Shown here: positions 56,525-64,000 of the stretch, piece by piece
Layout: every line of letters begins with the position of its first letter
Position numbering within the stretch: position 1 is the stretch's first letter
Origin: Acidobacteriota bacterium
GTDB lineage: Bacteria; Acidobacteriota; UBA6911; RPQK01; JAJDTT01
Reading direction: 5' to 3'
Assembly (NCBI GenBank): GCA_965217775.1
Contig: CBDCJH010000002.1
Coordinates: forward strand, 1,280,001-1,344,000
Length of the DNA: 64,000 nucleotides
Notes under the pieces: model-generated
What the model saw: only the letters and a program-made list of their open reading frames with translations
The model's database searches: none
Told to the model about the DNA's origin: nothing
Made by a program: the position numbers and the translations under genes

Positions 56525-59500
56525 ATGCATCTGAGCCGGTTGTTTCCCAGCCTACCGCTGATACTCGTGTTGGGGCCCGCGGGAGCCGGATCCTCGCCCG
56601 AACGAGTCGATTTCATCCGCGAGGTGGAGCCCATCCTCAAGGAGAACTGCCACGCGTGCCACGGCGAGCGCGTCCAGTCGGGTGGACTACGGCTGGATTC
56701 CCGTAAGACAGCTTGGCAGGGTGGGGCATCGGGCCGGGCGCCCATCGTCCCCGGGCGCAGCCGGGACAGTCTTCTGATTCAAGTGTTGACTGCGAGCGAT
56801 TCCTCCGATATCCGGCGAATGCCGGCCTTCGCCGACCCGCTTCCCGGAAGCGAGATCGATCTCATCCGCCGTTGGATCGACCAGGGCGCCGAATGGCCCG
56901 AGGAGAAGGCATCCCGGGATCAGGGCCACTGGGCCTTCGTCCGTCCGCAACCTCCCGCGCCGCCCTCCTCGGAACCCAATGAACGGGTCCGCAATCCGAT
57001 CGACAGTTTCATTCTGGAACGGCTGGAAGCCGAGGATTTGACCCCTTCTCCCGAGGCTTCCCGCGAAACGCTGGCGCGCCGCCTCCACCTGGATCTCATC
57101 GGGTTGCCTCCCACCCTTTCGGAACTGGATCGGTTCCTCCGGGACGGCGAACCGGGCGCCTACGAGAGGATGGTGGACCGGTTGTTGGCGTCTCCGCATT
57201 TCGGGGAGCGTTGGGCTCGCGACTGGTTGGACGTGGCTCGTTACGCGGATACGAACGGGTACGAGAAAGACCGGGTCCGTTCCATCTGGCCGTATCGGGA
57301 CTGGGTCATCCGCGCGCTGAACAGAGACCTTCCCTTCGACCGCTTCGTGGTGGATCAACTTGCTGGGGACATGGTGCCGGACGGCGGCCTGGAAGAGCGG
57401 ATTGCCACCGGATTCCATCGCAACACCATGCTCAACGAGGAGGGTGGTATCGATGTCGAGGAGTTTCGGTTCGCCTCCGTGGTGGACCGGGTCAACACCA
57501 CGGCGGGGGCGTTTCTGGGCCTGACGCTGGCCTGCGCCCAGTGCCACGACCACAAGTACGATCCCATCTCCCAGACGGAGTACTACCGATTCTTCGCCTT
57601 TCTGAACAATGCGGACGAACCGGAATTGAAGGTCCCGGACCGGGGGGTCGCCGAGAAGCGGAGGCAGATCCAGGACCGAATCGACTCCCTGGAGTCTCGG
57701 CTCTCCGCGAAGTTTCCGCCGTATGGCCTCCGAAGCGTCTGGGACACCACGCCGCCTCGCGTGGTCACCTCGTCGGGAGGTGCGCGCCTCAAACGGCGCC
57801 GGGACGGGTCCATCGAAGTTTCGGGTCCGAATTCGGAGCAGGAGGTCTATCAGTGGACGGCTCGCCCGGAGAATCGTGTGGACCAGCTCCGACTCGAGGT
57901 TTTTCATAACCCGGCCGGCTCTCCTCAGGGTCCCGGACGCGGGGAAAGAGGGGAGGCCATTCTCTCCGAAATCGAACTTCATCTGATAGACCGCGGCGAC
58001 GGCTCGCTGCGCCGGTTGGTCCTGGAAGAACCGGCGGCCACCTTGTCACGCAAGGACTTCGAGGTCTCCAAGGCTCTCGACGGCGATCCCGAAACCGGCT
58101 GGGGACTGTCCCGGACCTATGGCCACCACTGGTCCGTCTTTCGCTTGGAAGAACCTCGACGCTTGGCGCCTGCGGAGGATCTGGTCGTCACCCTGAAGCA
58201 ACTGGCGGGGGGTGGGAAGAACCTGAGCCGGTTTCGGATCTCCCCGGGGCGGGAACATCGGACCCACTATCACCCCGATCTTTCGGAGCCGGAGCAGAGG
58301 AGCCGGCATCTGGCGGGGAAATACGAGGCCTGGAAGCAGGAGGCTCGCCGCCTGGTTCGAACCTGGTCGGTCCGTCGTCCACTGAATCCGGTCTCCGAGA
58401 AATCGGCCACGCTCACGGTGCTGGGGGACGAGTCGGTCCTGGCCGGCGGCGACCGTCCCAATTCAGACACGTATTCCTTCGAGATCGAGCCCGGTCTGCC
58501 TGCCGTCACCGGTCTACGGATCGAATTCCTGGGTCACGAAAGCCTGCCCGGAGGAGGCCCCGGCCGGGGGACCGCCTCGGAGGAGGGCAACTTCATGCTC
58601 AGCGAGATCGCGGTCCGGGGTGTTTCCGCCTCGGCGCCGGAGGGATCGAGCCCTTACCCGTTCCGGCGAGCCGCCGCGGACTCGTTTCATCGGCATTTGC
58701 ATCCGGGGATGACCCTGGATGGAGACCGGCAGACCGGCTGGTCCCCCGACCGGGAACGGGGAATGCCGCAGAGCATCGTCTACGAGTTCCAGGAACCGGT
58801 CACCATGGCCGACGGCGAGCGACTCGGGGTGACCCTGGCACAGAACCACATTCACACTCATACCATCGGGCGTTTTCGGGTATTCCTGTCGGACGGCAAA
58901 TCCCCGTTGTTGAATTCGGGTCTGCCATTGCGGATCGAGTCGATCCTGTCGGCTTCACCCGATGCCGTGACGCGCGATGACCGGCAGGCTCTCCTCCGGC
59001 ACTTCCTTTCGGTGGCTCCGGAACTCCTCAAGGAGTACGAAGAGATCAGGGCGCTCCGGAAGACGATGCCCGACCACCCCACGACTCTGGTCATGGCGGA
59101 TCGCACCAGTCCACGGACGACCCGCATCCGTCATCGTGGGGAATTTCTCGAGCCTCGGGACCAGGTCGGCCCGGGCGTGCCGGCGGTGCTCCATCCATGG
59201 CCGGCGGACCAGATACGGGACCGGCTCACCTTCGCCCGCTGGCTGGTCAGCGGGGAGAATCCGCTCCTGGCTCGCGTCGTCATGAATCGCCTCTGGTCCA
59301 GCTACTTCGGGCGAGGCCTGGTCGCCACCATCAACGATTTCGGTCTGCGGGGCAGCCTTCCGTCCCATCCGAGACTGCTGGACTGGCTGGCGGTCGAATT
59401 CATGGCGCAGGGTTGGAGCATGAAGGCGATGCACCGGCAGATCGTCTTGTCTTCGAGCTACCGGCAATCGTCGAGGGTGACGCCGGAACTGCTGGAGAAG

Positions 59501-60145
59501 GACCCGGAGAACGCCCTGTACGCCCGGGGGCCGCGATTTCGGGTCGGAGCGGAGACGATTCGGGACATCGCCTTGGCGGTCGGCGGACTTCTGAGCCCGA
59601 AGATGGGTGGCCCCAGCGTGTTCCCTCCGCAACCGGCCGGCGTGGCGGACCTGATCTTCGGTGAGAAGAAGTGGAAGGTGAGCGAAGGCGAGGATCGGTA
59701 CCGGCGGGGACTATATACCTTCTGGAAGCGGACCGTTCCCTATCCGGCCTTCACCACCTTCGACGCACCCCAGGGGGAGACCATCTGTCTTCGCCGGGAA
59801 CGTTCCAACACGCCGCTGCAGGCCCTGACGCTTCTCAACGACCCGGTCTACGTGGAAGCGGCCCGGGGGTTCGCTCTCAGGATTCTCCAAGACTCGCCGG
59901 AACCGGAGCGAATCGACTATGCTTTCCGGCGATGCCTCTCCCGGCCACCGGATCGCTTCGAGTCGGGCGAGATCCGGTCCTACTACGAGGCTCAAATGGA
60001 ACGGATTCAGGCCGGCGGCCGGACTCAGGCTCAAGCGTCGGAGACCGGACCCGTTCCGGAGGGCGTGAACCGGGAGGAACTGGTGGCGTGGACCGCGGTG
60101 GCACGGGTGCTGTTGAACCTCGACCGGGCCATTTCCAAGGAGTAG
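56525..60145 (+). CDS. PSD1/planctomycete cytochrome c protein (DUF1549 + DUF1553) with a tandem internal domain
   Basis: CHACH, HFGERW…WLD.ARYADTNG, CAQCHDHKYDPI, PSHP.LLDWLA, NTPLQAL.LLND. Confidence 0.92.
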   Translation: MHLSRLFPSLPLILVLGPAGAGSSPERVDFIREVEPILKENCHACHGERVQSGGLRLDSRKTAWQGGASGRAPIVPGRSRDSLLIQVLTASDSSDIRRMPAFADPLPGSEIDLIRRWIDQGAEWPEEKASRDQGHWAFVRPQPPAPPSSEPNERVRNPIDSFILERLEAEDLTPSPEASRETLARRLHLDLIGLPPTLSELDRFLRDGEPGAYERMVDRLLASPHFGERWARDWLDVARYADTNGYEKDRVRSIWPYRDWVIRALNRDLPFDRFVVDQLAGDMVPDGGLEERIATGFHRNTMLNEEGGIDVEEFRFASVVDRVNTTAGAFLGLTLACAQCHDHKYDPISQTEYYRFFAFLNNADEPELKVPDRGVAEKRRQIQDRIDSLESRLSAKFPPYGLRSVWDTTPPRVVTSSGGARLKRRRDGSIEVSGPNSEQEVYQWTARPENRVDQLRLEVFHNPAGSPQGPGRGERGEAILSEIELHLIDRGDGSLRRLVLEEPAATLSRKDFEVSKALDGDPETGWGLSRTYGHHWSVFRLEEPRRLAPAEDLVVTLKQLAGGGKNLSRFRISPGREHRTHYHPDLSEPEQRSRHLAGKYEAWKQEARRLVRTWSVRRPLNPVSEKSATLTVLGDESVLAGGDRPNSDTYSFEIEPGLPAVTGLRIEFLGHESLPGGGPGRGTASEEGNFMLSEIAVRGVSASAPEGSSPYPFRRAAADSFHRHLHPGMTLDGDRQTGWSPDRERGMPQSIVYEFQEPVTMADGERLGVTLAQNHIHTHTIGRFRVFLSDGKSPLLNSGLPLRIESILSASPDAVTRDDRQALLRHFLSVAPELLKEYEEIRALRKTMPDHPTTLVMADRTSPRTTRIRHRGEFLEPRDQVGPGVPAVLHPWPADQIRDRLTFARWLVSGENPLLARVVMNRLWSSYFGRGLVATINDFGLRGSLPSHPRLLDWLAVEFMAQGWSMKAMHRQIVLSSSYRQSSRVTPELLEKDPENALYARGPRFRVGAETIRDIALAVGGLLSPKMGGPSVFPPQPAGVADLIFGEKKWKVSEGEDRYRRGLYTFWKRTVPYPAFTTFDAPQGETICLRRERSNTPLQALTLLNDPVYVEAARGFALRILQDSPEPERIDYAFRRCLSRPPDRFESGEIRSYYEAQMERIQAGGRTQAQASETGPVPEGVNREELVAWTAVARVLLNLDRAISKE

Positions 60146-60150
60146 ATCGA

Positions 60151-61581
60151 GTGCGGGATCGTTGGCTCCGAGATCTGACGCGAAGACATCTGTTCCGGGA
60201 ATGCGGAGTCGGTCTGGGCAAGATCGCCCTCACCGCCCTGTTGGCGGGACCCAGAGGGTTGGCGGCCGGTCCGGAACGGCCGCATCCCCGGACCCCACGG
60301 AAACCGCACTATGCGCCCCGGGTGGACCGGGTGATCTTCCTGTTCATGGCGGGGGCCCCCAGCCAGCTCGACCTCTTCGACTACAAGCCCGAGCTCCTCA
60401 AGTACGACGGGACTTCGGTTCCGCAGGAGGTGGTGCGCGACCAGCGTTACGCTTTCATCGAACGGGACGCCAACCTCATGGCCTCCCGCTTTTCCTTCAA
60501 ACGGCACGGGCAGTCGGGAGCCGAACTTTCGGAAGTCATTCCCCGGATCGCCGAGATGGCGGACGACCTAGTCTTCATCAAGTCGATGACCACCGACGTT
60601 TTCAATCACGCCCCGGCCCAGATCTTCATGAACACGGGCACTTCCCAACTGGGGCATCCCAGCCTGGGATCGTGGGTCACCTATGGCCTGGGAAGCGAAG
60701 CGGAGGACTTCCCCGGCTTCATCGTCCTGAGCACGGGAAACGGGACCAGCGGAGGACAAGCCAACTGGAGCTGTGGATTTCTTCCCACGGCATTCCAGGG
60801 CGTACCCTTCCGATCCCAGGGAGACCCGGTTCTCAACGTGAGCAATCCACCCGGGATCGACGATCGGCTCCAGCGGGACTCTCTGGACCTGCTGCGAAAA
60901 CTGAACCGGCACCACGCCGGCATCATCGGGGATCCTGAGATCTCCACGCGCATCAGTTCCTACGAATTGGCTTACCGGATGCAGAGCAGCGCTCCCGAGC
61001 TCATGGACCTCACGCAGGAGAGTCCGGCGACGCTGGAAATGTACGGTGCGACGGCCGGGGAGCCCTCGTTCGCCGGAAACTGCCTGTTGGCTCGGCGCCT
61101 GGTGGAACGGGGAGTCCGTTTCGTCAACGTCTATCATTCCGGCTGGGACCATCACTCCGATGTCAAGGGAGGTCTGATCAAACAGTGCGGACACACCGAT
61201 CAGGCCTCCGCCGCCCTGGTCCGCGACCTGAAGCAACGAGGGCTGTTGGAACGGACACTGGTGATCTGGGGAGGCGAGTTCGGCCGGACTCCCATGGTGG
61301 AAAGCAACTTGGCGCTGGGCCGAAAGATGGGCCGGGATCATCATCCCCAGGCCTTCACCATGTGGATGGCGGGGGGAGGCCTCAAAGTGGGCCGGACCAT
61401 CGGCCGCACCGACGATCTGGGATTCCACATCGTGGAGAATTCCATCCACGTGCACGACCTTCAGGCCACCATCCTGCACCTCCTGGGGTTCGACCACACG
61501 CGTTTGACGTTTCGTTTCAAGGGACGCGATTTTCGGCTGACGGACGTGGGAGGGCGAGTGATTCACGAAATCCTGGCGTGA
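60151..61581 (+). CDS. DUF1501 domain protein
   Basis: TRRHLF, FMAGAPSQLDLFD.KP, CLLARRLVERGVRF, WGGEFGRTP, GRDHH. Confidence 0.93.
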   Translation: MRDRWLRDLTRRHLFRECGVGLGKIALTALLAGPRGLAAGPERPHPRTPRKPHYAPRVDRVIFLFMAGAPSQLDLFDYKPELLKYDGTSVPQEVVRDQRYAFIERDANLMASRFSFKRHGQSGAELSEVIPRIAEMADDLVFIKSMTTDVFNHAPAQIFMNTGTSQLGHPSLGSWVTYGLGSEAEDFPGFIVLSTGNGTSGGQANWSCGFLPTAFQGVPFRSQGDPVLNVSNPPGIDDRLQRDSLDLLRKLNRHHAGIIGDPEISTRISSYELAYRMQSSAPELMDLTQESPATLEMYGATAGEPSFAGNCLLARRLVERGVRFVNVYHSGWDHHSDVKGGLIKQCGHTDQASAALVRDLKQRGLLERTLVIWGGEFGRTPMVESNLALGRKMGRDHHPQAFTMWMAGGGLKVGRTIGRTDDLGFHIVENSIHVHDLQATILHLLGFDHTRLTFRFKGRDFRLTDVGGRVIHEILA

Positions 61582-61632
61582 GCGTCCTTCTTCTCCTTGG
61601 CGACGCCGAATCTGTCTTGAAGTGAGATCGGT

Positions 61633-62970
61633 ATGCTCCGAAAGATCTTGGTGATCATGCTTCTGCTTCTGTCCACTTCCTGGGCGGAGGACCGGAAATC
61701 GGGAGAGGCGGTCAGATACTGGCCTCAATGGAGAGGGCCGCTGGGGACCGGCGCAGCGCCTGAGGCGGATCCTCCGGTGCACTGGAGCGAATCCCGGAAC
61801 CTCCTTTGGAAGAAGGCCCTGCCGGGACTCGGACACTCGACCCCCGTTCTCTGGGGCCATCGGATATTCGTGACCGCGGCGGTCCCTACGGGCGACGCGC
61901 TGAAGCCCGTCTACGACGACGCGCCGGGCTCCCACGGCAACCTTCCGGTCACTCACCGACAGCGATTCGTAGTTCTGGCTCTCGATCGAGCCAACGGGGA
62001 CATCCTCTGGGAACGGACCGTACGCACCAGCCTCCCCCACGAGGGTGGACACTATACGTCCAGTCTGGCCTCGGCCTCGCCGCTCACCGACGGCGAGCGC
62101 GTGCTGGCCTACTTCGGCTCGCAGGGGGTCTACTGCCTCAGTCCGGAGGGTGAGCTGCAGTGGGAGAAGCAGATGGGGACCATGCGGACCAAACACGGAC
62201 ACGGAGAAGGAAGCTCTCCGGTCCTGTACGGGGAGACGCTGGTCATCAACTGGGACCACGAGGGTCAATCTTTCGTCGTCGCGCTGGACAAGAGAACCGG
62301 GAAGGAACTTTGGAAGATCCCTAGGAACGAGGTGACTTCTTGGGCGACTCCCATAGCCGTCGAGCAGGACGGTAGGGTTCAGGTCATCGTCGCCGGCACC
62401 AGCCGAGTCCGCGGATACCACCTGGAAACGGGCGAGATGATCTGGGAATGTGGTGGGCTGGCGGCCAATATCGTGGCCTCACCCGTGGCAGGAGATGGAA
62501 TGGCGTTTGTGGGCAGCAGCTACGACAAGAGGGTCCTGCTGGCGATCCGTCTGTCCGGCGCCCGGGGAGACATCACGGGAACGGACCGGGTGCCGTGGAC
62601 CCGGAGACGCACCACGCCGTACGTGCCTTCGCCTCTGCTGTATGACGGCGTCCTCTATTTCTTGGCGCACTACCAGAGCGTTTTGACCCGGGTTGACGCC
62701 CGGACCGGCCGGGAGCGGCCCGGACCCTTGCGCCTTCCCGGCATCGGCAACGTCTACGCCTCTCCAGTGGCCGCGGCGGAACGGATCTACGTCACGGACC
62801 TCAGTGGGGCCACCCTGGTCCTGAGTCATTCCGAGACTCCGGAGGCGCTCGCCGTCAACCGGCTGGATGACAGCTTCAGCGCTTCGGTGGCGCTGGCCGG
62901 CCGGCAACTCTATCTAAGGGGCGAAAAGAACCTCTACGCCATCGGACCCGCACCCATGGCCGCGCCTTGA
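61633..62970 (+). CDS. PQQ/BamB-like beta-propeller protein, secreted
   Basis: WPQWRGP, LPGLGHSTPVLW, GEGSSP, SWATP, YASPV. Confidence 0.88.
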   Translation: MLRKILVIMLLLLSTSWAEDRKSGEAVRYWPQWRGPLGTGAAPEADPPVHWSESRNLLWKKALPGLGHSTPVLWGHRIFVTAAVPTGDALKPVYDDAPGSHGNLPVTHRQRFVVLALDRANGDILWERTVRTSLPHEGGHYTSSLASASPLTDGERVLAYFGSQGVYCLSPEGELQWEKQMGTMRTKHGHGEGSSPVLYGETLVINWDHEGQSFVVALDKRTGKELWKIPRNEVTSWATPIAVEQDGRVQVIVAGTSRVRGYHLETGEMIWECGGLAANIVASPVAGDGMAFVGSSYDKRVLLAIRLSGARGDITGTDRVPWTRRRTTPYVPSPLLYDGVLYFLAHYQSVLTRVDARTGRERPGPLRLPGIGNVYASPVAAAERIYVTDLSGATLVLSHSETPEALAVNRLDDSFSASVALAGRQLYLRGEKNLYAIGPAPMAAP

Positions 62971-63136
62971 AGACCTCTTCGATTCACGGCAACTGCTCTG
63001 CCGGATCGGAATCCAATCGGACCTCCACGGGCAATGTCGTCTGTTGGTTTGCCCGCATTTCGGGCAGCGAATTGGCGGAGTGCGGCGAGCTTCGGCTACA
63101 CTGGTGGCGCACAAATCTCCAATCATCCGAAAGACC

Positions 63137-64000
63137 GTGAAGCCGTTTCGTTTCGTGCACGCTGCCGATTTGCATCTCGACAGCCCTTTTACGGGCTTGA
63201 AGTCCAGTGTGCCGGAGCATGTTGCCACGAGTCTTCGGCAAGCGACCTTCAACGCCTACGACAACATCGTCGAACTCTGCGTCTCGGAAGGCGTGGACGC
63301 GCTTCTCATCGCGGGAGACGTCTACGACGGCGCCGACCGCAGCCTGCGGGCTCAGCGCCGGTTCATCGACGGTCTCGACCGGCTCCACCAAGCCGGCATC
63401 CGTTCGTTCGTCTGCCATGGCAATCACGATCCCCTGGACGGTTGGGAGGCACGACTGGCGTATCCCCCGAGCTGTCATCGGTTCGGGTCCGAGTTCCAGG
63501 CAGTTCCGGTCTTCGAGGACGATCCCGAGGCCGCCGTCGTGCACGGTGTGAGTTACCCGACCCGCAATGTCCGAAGGAACCTGGTCTGCCGGCTGGGCCA
63601 AGTGGATTCCCGATCCTTCAACATCGGTCTGCTTCACGCCAACGTGGACAACGATTCGAACCATAGGGCGTTTGCTCCCTGCTCTCTGAGCGACCTGGTG
63701 GAGACGGGAGTCGACTATTGGGCGCTGGGACATGTCCACACTCGACGGGTGCTGAATCCACAGAGCCCGACCGTCGTCTACCCGGGGAATCCACAGGGCA
63801 GGCACCTGAATGAGACCGGGCCCCGCGGAGTGTATCTGGTCACGGTGGACGGATCGGGTCGGACCGATCTCGATTTTCGGCCCGTGGACACGGTTCGCTG
63901 GGAGCGGATGATTCTCGATATCGGCGAGACCGACACGGAACAGAATCTGCTGGATGAGCTGCACCGGCGTATCGGGGAAGCTCTCGAACACGGAGAGGGC
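63137..64000 (+). CDS. SbcD/Mre11-like (YhaO-type) metallophosphoesterase DNA nuclease, runs off window end
   Basis: From GTG 63137: FVHAADLHLDSPF, IAGDVYD, HGNHDP, LLH, YWALGHVH, YPGNPQGR. Confidence 0.9.
   Translation, partial: MKPFRFVHAADLHLDSPFTGLKSSVPEHVATSLRQATFNAYDNIVELCVSEGVDALLIAGDVYDGADRSLRAQRRFIDGLDRLHQAGIRSFVCHGNHDPLDGWEARLAYPPSCHRFGSEFQAVPVFEDDPEAAVVHGVSYPTRNVRRNLVCRLGQVDSRSFNIGLLHANVDNDSNHRAFAPCSLSDLVETGVDYWALGHVHTRRVLNPQSPTVVYPGNPQGRHLNETGPRGVYLVTVDGSGRTDLDFRPVDTVRWERMILDIGETDTEQNLLDELHRRIGEALEHGEG

Noticed and set aside
1-64000. CRISPR array, tRNA/rRNA, integrase, transposase or prophage genes
   Set aside because: No regularly spaced direct repeats, cloverleafs or such protein motifs seen by eye.

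Overview
GC-rich bacterial genomic segment. The gene content (DUF1549/DUF1553 cytochrome + DUF1501 pairs, PQQ-type beta-propellers, TIGR02999-like ECF sigma + Ser/Thr kinase, many Na+/solute symporters) suggests Acidobacteria or a similar lineage (inference). Most of it encodes transport and catabolic enzymes, punctuated by AT-richer islets with six toxin-antitoxin loci (four with damaged toxins) and a DUF262/DUF1524 (GmrSD-like) nuclease. No rRNA, tRNA, CRISPR array or transposase was found. Best candidate for a new system (4779-7649): a membrane-anchored double OB-fold protein plus an archaeal-type TctA/DUF112 permease fused to an intact thermonuclease domain, plausibly a DNA uptake/processing module. 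It carries an in-frame TAG and a 162-bp in-frame palindromic insertion whose sister copy at about 53 kb contains a second nested miniature element. Also notable: a eukaryote-like alkyl-DHAP synthase next to a DHRS7B-like reductase (ether lipids), an ECF/kinase-linked lipid cassette, and a symporter with an inserted FHA-like domain. All family calls come from motif recognition by eye, not database searches.
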